Assembly (NCBI GenBank): GCA_037127735.1
Contig: JBAXXU010000004.1
Location: forward strand, 786-64,785
Direction: 5' to 3'
Length of the DNA: 64,000 nucleotides
Source: Bacteroidota bacterium
GTDB taxonomy: Bacteria > Bacteroidota > Bacteroidia > Bacteroidales > VadinHA17
Below the pieces are notes generated by a model that was not told the origin of the DNA, did not search any database, and saw nothing but the letters and a program-made list of their open reading frames with translations. This document shows, piece by piece, positions 9,498 through 18,446 of the stretch; the stretch's first letter is position 1; each line of letters opens with the position of its first letter. Position numbers and translations under genes: made by a program.

Positions 9498-10544
9498 ATG
9501 AAACTGCGTAAAGTAACAGTGGCAGTAACAGGGCTTAACAATATTGACAGTCCGGGCCCGGGAATTCCGGTAATACGCGGAATCAGGGAATCGAAGGATT
9601 TCGACGTCAGGATAATAGGATTGGCCTACGAGCATCTTGAACCCGGTATTTACATGAACGACCTGGTTGATAAAACCTATATGATCCCCTACCCGACTGA
9701 AGGTAAGGACGCTTTATTCAAAAGATTATCGGAAATACATGAGAAGGAGAAATTAGACGTTATTATTCCGAATTTCGATGCTGAGCTCTTTTCATTTATT
9801 AAACTTGAAAAAATGCTGGAGGAAATTGGTATTAAAACCTATCTGCCTACTCTTGAACAGTTTGAAGAGAGAAATAAATCAAACCTTCCGGCTTACGGGA
9901 AAAAATATGGCGTTAATGTCCCTGCCGGTACTGAGGTTTTCAGCGTATCCGATTTAAATAATACCCTTAAATCAATGAACTATCCGGTGATGATCAAGGG
10001 GAAATATTACGATGCTTATGCGGCTAACTCAATGGAGCAGGCAGTAAAACACTTCTCAAATATGTCTGCAAAATGGGGATTCCCGGTTATTGTCCAGGAA
10101 TTTATTAAAGGAACAGAGGTGAATGTTATTGCTCTGGGTGATGGGAAAGGCAATCTGATAGCAGCGGTACCAATGCGTAAACAATACATTACCGATAAGG
10201 GTAAGGCATGGGGAGGCATAACTATTGAAGATGGCACTTTGCTCGATCTTGCAAAAAAGATAATATCGCGAACAAAGTGGAAAGGTGGAATGGAGCTGGA
10301 ACTTATCAGAACAGCTAAAAATAAACTATATCTGCTCGAGATTAACCCCAGAATTCCTGCATGGGTCTATCTCGCAGTCGGAGCGGGTCAGAATATTTCT
10401 GAAGCATTGCTGAAGCTGACATTGGGTATGGAAGTTAAACCATTCACGCGGTACGATGTGGGTAAAATGTTTGTCAGGTACTCCTACGATATGATTGTCG
10501 ATCTGGAACTTTTTTCAAGGCTGACTACAACCGGGGAACTTTAA
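9498..10544 (+). CDS. ATP-grasp domain ligase (carboxylate-amine/peptide ligase type)
   Basis: 348 aa. It has a pre-ATP-grasp N-domain and C-terminal LYLLEINPRIPAWVY (the EINPR motif of ATP-grasp enzymes). Confidence 0.75.
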   Translation: MKLRKVTVAVTGLNNIDSPGPGIPVIRGIRESKDFDVRIIGLAYEHLEPGIYMNDLVDKTYMIPYPTEGKDALFKRLSEIHEKEKLDVIIPNFDAELFSFIKLEKMLEEIGIKTYLPTLEQFEERNKSNLPAYGKKYGVNVPAGTEVFSVSDLNNTLKSMNYPVMIKGKYYDAYAANSMEQAVKHFSNMSAKWGFPVIVQEFIKGTEVNVIALGDGKGNLIAAVPMRKQYITDKGKAWGGITIEDGTLLDLAKKIISRTKWKGGMELELIRTAKNKLYLLEINPRIPAWVYLAVGAGQNISEALLKLTLGMEVKPFTRYDVGKMFVRYSYDMIVDLELFSRLTTTGEL

Positions 10545-10600
10545 TAAAAGTTACAATGGAATAATGGAATCCGATAAAGCAAATAAAACAACAAAGAGTA

Positions 10601-11947
10601 ATGTCAAAGCAAATATTTGAACGACCAACAATAACCCGTTTAACTCCGGGCGTACCATCTAAACACGGAACAGGAACGATAATCGCCCCAATGCCATTAA
10701 TCGATGGAATTAAAGTTGATGATCTCATAGCGGAATACGGGTCTCCACTTTACATTTTCTCAGAAAGGACTATTAGAAAGAGTATGGAGGATATCAAAAG
10801 AGCCTTCAGCATAAGATACAACAAAATACAAATGGCCTGGAGTTACAAAACCAACTATCTCGATTCTATCTGCCGGATATTCCATCAGGAAGGCTCATGG
10901 GCTGAGGTTGTCTCTGGTTTTGAGTACGATAAAGCTTTAAGGAATGGTGTTAAGGGTGAAAATATCATTTTTAACGGTCCCGGAAAGAGTATTGATGATC
11001 TGGAGAAAGCTGTCAGGAATGGATCGTTCATACATATTGATCATATTGATGAGCTTTTTATGTTATCGGATGTTTGCCAGAGAAAAAATATTGAGGCAAG
11101 GGTAGCCGTCAGGGTAAATATGGATATCGGGCTTTATCCCAAATGGGACAGGTTCGGATTGAACTACGAGAATGGAGAGGCCTGGGATGCAATTAATCGT
11201 ATAATGATGAACCCAAAATTAAAATTGATGGGTTTACATACTCATATCGGCACCTACATCATGAGTGTAGATGCTTACCGGGTCGCGGCTACAAAACTTG
11301 CTGATCTGACTTACAATATAGCTCAGAAATTCGACCATCATATTTCGTATATCGATATGGGTGGTGGATTTGCCTCTAAGAATACCCTGAGGGGAGCTTA
11401 CCTTTCCGGTGAAGATACAACTCCTTCATTCGATGAATACGCCGAAGCAATCTCATCTGCAATTATCAATTCCAGGATTAAACCCGATAAACTCCCGACA
11501 TTAATACTTGAGACCGGACGCGCATTAATAGATAACGCGGGCTATATTGCAGGCTCCGTGCTTGCCAATAAGCGACTTTCTGATGGTCGCAGGGCGACTA
11601 TTTTTGATGTTGGTGTGAATCTGCTTTTTACATCATTCTGGTACGATCATAAAATTCACCCGGTAAGCAACCATTCCGGATTGGTTGAAGAGACAACAAT
11701 CTATGGCCCTTTGTGTATGAATATTGATGTTCTGCGACCATCACTGATGTTCCCTGCACTGAAACGCGGCGACAGGTTCGTGATAACAAGAACAGGAGCT
11801 TATAATAACACCCAGTGGTTACAGTTTATAACCATGCGTCCAAATGTGGTATTGATAGATATGAACAGAGAGGTTCATCTTATCAGACGGGCAGAGTCAA
11901 TGGAGAATGTATCAGAAAATGAGGTAATTCCGGAGTACTTGGTTTGA
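10601..11947 (+). CDS. PLP-dependent decarboxylase, Orn/DAP/Arg decarboxylase (fold type III) family
   Basis: WSYKTNY (PLP-lysine context), HTHIGT, IDMGGGFAS, ILETGRALI and TGAYN are the conserved blocks of DAP/ornithine decarboxylase-like enzymes. Confidence 0.8.
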   Translation: MSKQIFERPTITRLTPGVPSKHGTGTIIAPMPLIDGIKVDDLIAEYGSPLYIFSERTIRKSMEDIKRAFSIRYNKIQMAWSYKTNYLDSICRIFHQEGSWAEVVSGFEYDKALRNGVKGENIIFNGPGKSIDDLEKAVRNGSFIHIDHIDELFMLSDVCQRKNIEARVAVRVNMDIGLYPKWDRFGLNYENGEAWDAINRIMMNPKLKLMGLHTHIGTYIMSVDAYRVAATKLADLTYNIAQKFDHHISYIDMGGGFASKNTLRGAYLSGEDTTPSFDEYAEAISSAIINSRIKPDKLPTLILETGRALIDNAGYIAGSVLANKRLSDGRRATIFDVGVNLLFTSFWYDHKIHPVSNHSGLVEETTIYGPLCMNIDVLRPSLMFPALKRGDRFVITRTGAYNNTQWLQFITMRPNVVLIDMNREVHLIRRAESMENVSENEVIPEYLV

Positions 11948-11951
11948 AACC

Positions 11952-12028
11952 AAAGACAAAAGACAAAAGACAAAAGACAAAAGACAAAAGACAAAAGACA
12001 AAAGACAAAAGTAAAAAGATAAAAGTCA
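11952..12028 (+). repeat. AAAGACA heptamer tandem array (8 perfect + 3 degenerate copies)
   Basis: Read directly from the sequence. The array starts 5 nt after the TGA at 11945-11947. It is followed by GAAACAC GAAACAT at 12040-12053. Confidence 0.95.
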
Positions 12029-12063
12029 AATCTAAACCCGAAACACGAAACATCCCCCAATAA

Positions 12064-14241
12064 ATGTTAAAGAACTCCTCAATATCAACTTTTATTCAGG
12101 GAGTATTAAGAAGCTACTCCCAGATCTTCTTCTCAGAGAATTACTGGTTTGCCATTCCTTTGGTTATAGTTTCCTTCCTCGATATTTCTGCCGGTTTAGC
12201 CGGGTTGCTTTCGGTATTGACCGCTAATCTCGCGGCTTCGTTATTGAAGTTTGATAAACTGACAACCATAAAAGGGTTTTATGGTTTCAATAGCCTCCTG
12301 GTGGGACTGGGGTTAGGGTACTATTATGAATTAACCTTTGTAATAATTGTAATAGCAATATTATCAGGGTTTTTAACCCTTCTAATCACAATTACTTTCC
12401 AGGGTATTTTAGGCAAATATTACCTTCCTTATCTCTCGATTCCATTCGTTATATGTATCTGGATTGTCTTAAGTGCCGGAGGCATGTTAAGCGGGACAGA
12501 AGATAATCAAAGCGGTGTTTACATTCTGAATAAACTCTTTGTTATTGGCGGGCATCCTCTTGTAAATCTGCATCAATGGTTAGTCGGGAAGATCACATCC
12601 AATTTTGTAAACAGCTACTTTCTCTCTTTGGGCGCAATATTCTTCCAGTTTAATGTTTTTGCGGGATTTGTTGTAGCCGTCGCGTTGATTTTTTATTCGA
12701 GGATCGCCTTTATGCTTTCTTTACTTGGCTATGGTGTTGCCTACATGGCTTACTCCTTTTTTGGCACAGACATGACCCAATTGGGCTATAGTTATATAGG
12801 GTTTAACTTCATTTTAGGCGCTATAGCTATCGGTGGGTATTTTTATATCCCATCTAAACAGTCATTCTTCTGGGCATTTGCAATAACACCTGTAACCGCC
12901 CTGGTTTCAGCAGGTCTGTTTGTTTTGCTAAAACCTTTTAATCTGACTTTGCTATCGCTCCCATTTAACTTAATTCTTTTAACTTTTATCTATTCACTAA
13001 GATTCAGAACATCTCAGGGTAAGTTCAGGGAGGTATTGATTCAGGAAGGTACACCGGAAAGTAACCTGTATTCATACGAGAGCTTTTCCAAACGGTTTCC
13101 TAACTTCGGCCGGCTTCAGATAAGACTCCCTTTCCTGGGCGAATGGCATGTCAGTCAGGGACATAACGGAGATGACACTCATAAAAGCGAATGGGCCGAT
13201 GCATGGGATTTTGTTATTATCAACTCAGATTCATCTCAGTATAACTTCGAGGGGAATTATCTGCAGGACTATTTCTGTTTTGGACAGAATATAATTGCAC
13301 CGGCTGATGGAACAGTGGTTATTGCAGAGGATGGAACCGATGATAATAAAATTGGAGAAGTTAATACTTTCAAGAACTGGGGAAATACTGTTATAATCAA
13401 ACATGCCGAAGGGCTATATTCAAAACTTTGTCATCTCCGGAAAGGATCTATCCCTGTAAAAGCCGGCGATAATGTCCATTATGGTCAGGTTATCGGGAAA
13501 GTCGGAAATTCAGGACGTTCCCCTTATCCGCATCTTCATTTTCAGATTCAATCAACCCCCTACATTGGTTCAAAAACATTAAAATACCCAATATTTGTCT
13601 ATTTAGAAAACGGGAAAGAGATCAGGACTTTTAGTTATCCTTCCAAAGGCAATAAAGTAAAAACCATTGAAGAGAATTCACTCCTTAAAAAGGCTTTTAA
13701 TCTGATGCCGGTTACAAAACTGAACTGGACTGTCACTACTTCCGGAATAGCAGATTCAGTTACCTGGGAAGTCATCACCAACTCTTATAATAATTCCTAT
13801 ATTTTCTGTCATGCTACAAAATCTCTGGCTTATTTCCAGTACGATGGAGTTCACTTCTGCTTCACCCATTTTGCCGGCGACAGGCGATCTTTGCTCTACA
13901 ATTTCTATCTGGCAGCATTCAGATTACCTCTTGTAAATATTGATGAATATATCACAACCGATTCTTTGCCAATAAATCAGACATTTAAAGGATGGAGACT
14001 TTTCCTTCACGATTTTACAGCTCCTTTCTTCCTATACCTGAAAGTAAGCTTTAAGGTTAGTATAAAACTTATTGGCTCTGAGTTCGATCCGGACAGGATT
14101 GAGTACAGTTCAAAACTTTCGGGTTACTCATTTAGTCAAACAATTTGGACTAAAGGCTTCAAACTTATTGTAAACAGAGATAATAGCATGAAAATGGAAA
14201 CCGATCTCCTGGAAATAGAAGCTATATGCGAATCTTTTTAA
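12064..14241 (+). CDS. Fusion protein: urea-transporter-like (UT) membrane domain + M23 metallopeptidase domain + unknown C-terminal domain
   Basis: The N-terminal ~320 aa are polytopic, with FIQGVLRSYSQIFFSEN typical of the UT family. Residues ~345-500 carry M23 motifs (HKSEWADAWDF; GNSGRSPYPHLHFQI). The last ~225 aa have no motif I recognise. Confidence 0.75.
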   Translation: MLKNSSISTFIQGVLRSYSQIFFSENYWFAIPLVIVSFLDISAGLAGLLSVLTANLAASLLKFDKLTTIKGFYGFNSLLVGLGLGYYYELTFVIIVIAILSGFLTLLITITFQGILGKYYLPYLSIPFVICIWIVLSAGGMLSGTEDNQSGVYILNKLFVIGGHPLVNLHQWLVGKITSNFVNSYFLSLGAIFFQFNVFAGFVVAVALIFYSRIAFMLSLLGYGVAYMAYSFFGTDMTQLGYSYIGFNFILGAIAIGGYFYIPSKQSFFWAFAITPVTALVSAGLFVLLKPFNLTLLSLPFNLILLTFIYSLRFRTSQGKFREVLIQEGTPESNLYSYESFSKRFPNFGRLQIRLPFLGEWHVSQGHNGDDTHKSEWADAWDFVIINSDSSQYNFEGNYLQDYFCFGQNIIAPADGTVVIAEDGTDDNKIGEVNTFKNWGNTVIIKHAEGLYSKLCHLRKGSIPVKAGDNVHYGQVIGKVGNSGRSPYPHLHFQIQSTPYIGSKTLKYPIFVYLENGKEIRTFSYPSKGNKVKTIEENSLLKKAFNLMPVTKLNWTVTTSGIADSVTWEVITNSYNNSYIFCHATKSLAYFQYDGVHFCFTHFAGDRRSLLYNFYLAAFRLPLVNIDEYITTDSLPINQTFKGWRLFLHDFTAPFFLYLKVSFKVSIKLIGSEFDPDRIEYSSKLSGYSFSQTIWTKGFKLIVNRDNSMKMETDLLEIEAICESF

Positions 14242-15500
14242 TTATTGCAGTATTATTATTGGCCGGTTCAGCAAATTTGTCGGCTCAGTATGATTTTAAA
14301 GTACTCGATGAGAAAACATACGATTACTACATGAAGGGTGATTACAGAAATCTGAAAAAAGTGGCAGACACAATGCTTTCACAAGGAGTCGATTACTATT
14401 ACCTTAGGATGAGAATGGGAATTTTATCATACAATAAACAGTTGTATTCAAGCGCTTTAAAACATTTTAACAAAGCGATAGAGTTTAGCTCGCCGGATAC
14501 AATTTCGAGAGAGTATATATACTATAGTTACCTTTATTCCGGAAGAGAAGCAGATGCTAAACTATACCTTAAATCTATACCCCGCGACAAAAAAAACAGT
14601 ACGCTGAAATCATCATGTAAACCTTCTTATTCTGAATTCTATGTTGGTTCTTATGCTTCTGTTCACGATGCAGTTCTTTATGAAAAAAATAGCCTGAACT
14701 ACGAGGCAGTGAAAAACAGTTTAAGTATCAATGCCGGGTTTGAAACATATTTCTTAAGCAGATTCAAGGGAACCTTTGCTTATACAAACTTTCACAAAAC
14801 CGGAACAGTTTACTCTCCTTCCCATCCGGCAGGGACAGATCTTAACTTTACCCAAAATCAGGTTTACGCCAAACTAACAGGTTCAATTTTCCCGGGTTGG
14901 GATTTTTCAGGGTTTGCCCATTTTGTGCTTTATACCGAAGCAATTACTGTCGGGCCGGTAGGAAACAGAGTTACAACAAATCAAATAAAAACTGAATATC
15001 TTGGAGGTGTGGGTATTTCAAAAAACGGATGGAAAATTCGCACCGGGGCTAACTTATCGTTCAGCAATTTCAGCAACTCAAACCAAATCAGGGGTGAGGG
15101 ATATTTTACCTGGCTGCCATCCGGAAATCTAAATCTCTATCTTGCTTCCGCATGGTTGGGACAAATCGATACAAACTGGGGGGGAACTTATCAGGTAAGT
15201 CAGGAGATAGGATTAAAGATTTGTAAGTTACTCTGGATGGAAACCGGGGTGGTTAAGGGGAACTCATTTCTATCTGCAAGGAATCAGGGATTTATGATAA
15301 ATAATTCATTTCAGATTCCTGCAACTACTATCTACAGCAACATAATCATTTTGCCGGGTAAACATTTTAGGCTTGACATCACACCTTACTATGTTGAAAA
15401 TCAGATTTACTCATGGGATTTAAATGCTTTTTCAAGAACCAATAAGCTGAATATTAATTCATTCGGAGGATCACTTAAATTAATTTATAAGTACAAATAA
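14226..15500 (+). CDS. Secreted hypothetical protein, TPR-like N-terminus and beta-rich C-terminus (possible outer-membrane protein)
   Basis: It has a signal peptide (IAVLLLAGSANLSAQ). It overlaps the preceding gene by 16 nt. Alternating-hydrophobicity strands run toward the C-terminus. Confidence 0.5.
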   Translation: MRIFLIIAVLLLAGSANLSAQYDFKVLDEKTYDYYMKGDYRNLKKVADTMLSQGVDYYYLRMRMGILSYNKQLYSSALKHFNKAIEFSSPDTISREYIYYSYLYSGREADAKLYLKSIPRDKKNSTLKSSCKPSYSEFYVGSYASVHDAVLYEKNSLNYEAVKNSLSINAGFETYFLSRFKGTFAYTNFHKTGTVYSPSHPAGTDLNFTQNQVYAKLTGSIFPGWDFSGFAHFVLYTEAITVGPVGNRVTTNQIKTEYLGGVGISKNGWKIRTGANLSFSNFSNSNQIRGEGYFTWLPSGNLNLYLASAWLGQIDTNWGGTYQVSQEIGLKICKLLWMETGVVKGNSFLSARNQGFMINNSFQIPATTIYSNIIILPGKHFRLDITPYYVENQIYSWDLNAFSRTNKLNINSFGGSLKLIYKYK

Positions 15501-15502
15501 CT

Positions 15503-16114
15503 ATGAAGAGATTAACCTTACTAACAGCTCTGCTTTTTTTAGTCTTAGTATCAATGGCACAGGATTATACTAAGTTAACTGCAGCATTCAGCGATAGCTA
15601 TGCGAAAGAAAAATCAGAGAAGTATGGCGATGCTATCACAGCATTGAAAGCATACTACGACGTTAATTCCTATGAGATTAACCTGAGGCTTGGATGGTTA
15701 ACCTATCTCCAGGGACAGTTCTCTGAATCAACGGGTTATTATAATAAAGCCATTGAGTTGATGCCTTATGCTATAGAACCCCGTTTGGGTGTAGTTCTAC
15801 CGGCTTCTGCTCTTGGTAACTGGGATTTGGTTATAGTTCAGTATAATAAGATTCTCGCAATTGATCCCAACAACACACTTACCCTATATCGCATGGGACT
15901 TATTCTGTATGATAAGAAAGATTATAAGCTGGCCTATCAGCAATTTGAAAAGGTTGTCAACCTTTATCCCTTCGATTACCAAAGTGTCCTAATGCTTGCA
16001 TGGACAAACTACAGGCTGGGAAAAACACGTGAAGCAAAAATTCTTTTCAACAAAGCTTTGCTTTACTATCCCGAGGATGCCAGTGCAAAAGAGGGGCTTA
16101 GTCTGATAAAGTAA
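15503..16114 (+). CDS. Secreted tetratricopeptide-repeat protein
   Basis: It has a signal peptide. TPR-like repeats are present (YYNKAIELMPY, YNKILAIDPNN, FEKVVNLYPFD, FNKALLYYPED). It starts 2 nt after the previous stop. Confidence 0.7.
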   Translation: MKRLTLLTALLFLVLVSMAQDYTKLTAAFSDSYAKEKSEKYGDAITALKAYYDVNSYEINLRLGWLTYLQGQFSESTGYYNKAIELMPYAIEPRLGVVLPASALGNWDLVIVQYNKILAIDPNNTLTLYRMGLILYDKKDYKLAYQQFEKVVNLYPFDYQSVLMLAWTNYRLGKTREAKILFNKALLYYPEDASAKEGLSLIK

Positions 16115-16154
16115 AGACAAAAGACAAAAGACAAAAGTAAAAAGACAAAAGTAG
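16113..16154 (+). repeat. AAAGACA heptamer tandem array (6 copies, 2 degenerate)
   Basis: Read directly. The first copy overlaps the TAA stop at 16112-16114. Confidence 0.95.
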
Positions 16155-16212
16155 CCCATGCAGGGGGTGAGTTCATGGGGATTAGAGCGGTTAGGGGTGG
16201 GGTTTTCAAGAC
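16155..16212. repeat. GC-rich palindromic intergenic element
   Basis: CCCATG...CATGGG is an inverted repeat. It contains GGGGTGAGTTCATG (16164-16177), which recurs as an exact reverse complement at 59075-59088. Confidence 0.7.
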
Positions 16213-16235
16213 AAAAGGCAACATAAAAAATAAAA

Positions 16236-17342
16236 ATGCACAAAAATAAATTAAAATATACCGAAATAGGACTAATCATACTCGTTTGGATGGTTCTTCT
16301 GTTCACTCCGATTCTTTTCAGGGAAGATATTTACAGCCCGATACGAAGAAGTGTAATTATGCAGCTGCAAACTCTTATCCCGTTATTGTCATTGTTTCTT
16401 ATAAATCGTTTTATTCTTGTTCCCCTATTACTTTTTAAAGGGAAACAGATGTTCTTCATAATTTCAGTATTGGGACTAATACTACTATTTACTGCAGGTT
16501 CTTTTGTTTTTGACACAACTATCAAAAATATACCACCCGGAAGTATCCCGCAAATGGAAGATCAGATAAAACAACCGCCTTATGCTTTCCCGGGTGGAGT
16601 GGACACGTTTGGAAATTTGCGCCCGGCTCAGACGCGTCAGCCCAGGCCCATTCCTCCTTATGCTAACTTTTTAATTCTGTCAATACTTATAGTAGGTTTT
16701 GATACCGGCTTACGCTCAGGTCTTCGAGGAATAAATATTGAAAATGAAAAGGCAAGACTTGAAAAAGAAAGTGTGGCTACTCAACTGGTCCTATTACGGA
16801 ATCAGGTAAGCCCGCATTTTTTAATGAATACCCTGAACAATATCCATTCACTGGTTGATGTTAATGCAGAGGAGGCCAAAGAGGCTATAATCAAGTTGTC
16901 GAAAATGATGAGGTATCTATTGTATGAAACCGAAACTGAAAAAACAACTTTAATAAGAGAAGTCGAATTTCTTGAGAGTTATATAAACCTTATGAAACTC
17001 AGGTATAATGAAAGTGTTAAAATTACACTTAACTTACCGGCTATGATTCCTGAAAAGACAATTCCTCCGTTTATATTTACTTCATTGATAGAAAATGCTT
17101 TTAAACATGGGGTAAGTTATAAGGATGAATCGTTTATCAATATTGATATGACCATAGGTGAAGAACAACTTCTCCTGGTTGTAAAAAACAGCAAAACTGA
17201 TAAATCCCCGATTAAAGAATTTTCCGGTATAGGAATTGAAAACACCCGGAAACGTTTAGAGTTACTGTATGGTAAAAATTACCACCTCGATATAATTGAC
17301 GGTACAGATTTATTCACCGTAAACCTATCTCTTCCATTATGA
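16236..17342 (+). CDS. LytS/YehU-type sensor histidine kinase
   Basis: It has a membrane N-terminal half. QVSPHFLMNTLNNIHSL (His_kinase domain) and an HATPase-like C-terminus (ENAFKHG, GIGIENTRKRL) are present. Confidence 0.8.
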   Translation: MHKNKLKYTEIGLIILVWMVLLFTPILFREDIYSPIRRSVIMQLQTLIPLLSLFLINRFILVPLLLFKGKQMFFIISVLGLILLFTAGSFVFDTTIKNIPPGSIPQMEDQIKQPPYAFPGGVDTFGNLRPAQTRQPRPIPPYANFLILSILIVGFDTGLRSGLRGINIENEKARLEKESVATQLVLLRNQVSPHFLMNTLNNIHSLVDVNAEEAKEAIIKLSKMMRYLLYETETEKTTLIREVEFLESYINLMKLRYNESVKITLNLPAMIPEKTIPPFIFTSLIENAFKHGVSYKDESFINIDMTIGEEQLLLVVKNSKTDKSPIKEFSGIGIENTRKRLELLYGKNYHLDIIDGTDLFTVNLSLPL

Positions 17343-18055
17343 TCAGATGCATAGCAATTGATGACGAACCCCTGGCTTTGAGGCAGATTGCCGGTTACAT
17401 TAAGAAAACGCCTTTTCTTGAACTGGCAGGGCAATGCGAAAGTGCAATGCAGGCAATAGAAGTATTGGAAAGCGCTCCGGTTGACCTGATGTTTGTTGAT
17501 ATTAATTTGCCTGATCTTAGCGGTATGGATTTCGCTAAAACCCTTGACAACCCTCCTAAGATTGTTTTTGTCACGGCTTATAGCGAATATGCACTTGAGG
17601 GTTTCAGGGTTGATGCTCTCGACTATTTGCTTAAACCTATCAGTTATGTTGATTTCTTAAAGTCAGCCAATAAGGTCAAATCGTGGTTCGATACCCATCA
17701 TCAGGAATCAGATGAAGTAAGGAGTAATAAGGATTTTTTATTCATAAAATCTGGTTATAAATTACTTAGAATTAACTTTGACGATATTAAGTATATCGAG
17801 GGAATGAGCGAGTATATCAGAATTCACCTTACGAATGCTAAACCGGTAATGACCCTTCTGAGTATGAAGTCTGTTGAGGCGATTTTACCCCCGGACAGGT
17901 TCCTGAGGGTGCACAGATCTTATATTGTTAACCTTACAAAGATTTCAGTGATAGAAAGGAACCGGATAATTTTCGATGCGAATGTCTATATACCCGTGAG
18001 TGAACAGTATAAAAGTAATTTTCAGAAATACATTGATAAAAATTTTTTAAGCTGA
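17339..18055 (+). CDS. LytTR-family response regulator
   Basis: REC domain (IAIDDEP...DLMFVDINLPDLSG...LLKP) plus a LytTR C-terminus (RVHRSYIVNL). An ATGA overlap with the kinase gene suggests translational coupling. Confidence 0.85.
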   Translation: MIRCIAIDDEPLALRQIAGYIKKTPFLELAGQCESAMQAIEVLESAPVDLMFVDINLPDLSGMDFAKTLDNPPKIVFVTAYSEYALEGFRVDALDYLLKPISYVDFLKSANKVKSWFDTHHQESDEVRSNKDFLFIKSGYKLLRINFDDIKYIEGMSEYIRIHLTNAKPVMTLLSMKSVEAILPPDRFLRVHRSYIVNLTKISVIERNRIIFDANVYIPVSEQYKSNFQKYIDKNFLS

Positions 18056-18116
18056 TCTTTTTCTCAAGGGATTACGACCTCGCTTCACTCAGTCGTGATC
18101 CCCGGGGGAGAACCTT

Positions 18117-18328
<212 letters not shown>

Positions 18329-18446
18329 AATATAAATAAGAACTATATTAAAATACAATATCTGAGCTCTTCCGGCATGTTAAGCTACTTTCTGAAGCGT
18401 GACAAAAGTATAAAAACATGAATAAAGTGCAAAATTAATTATCTTT

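Noticed and set aside
11875-12060. 61-aa minus-strand ORF with FVFCLLSFVFCLLS repeats, and the similar ORF at 15989-16306.
   Set aside because: These are antisense translations of the AAAGACA heptamer arrays. The 7-nt period cycles through all frames, and the ORFs have no independent coding signal.
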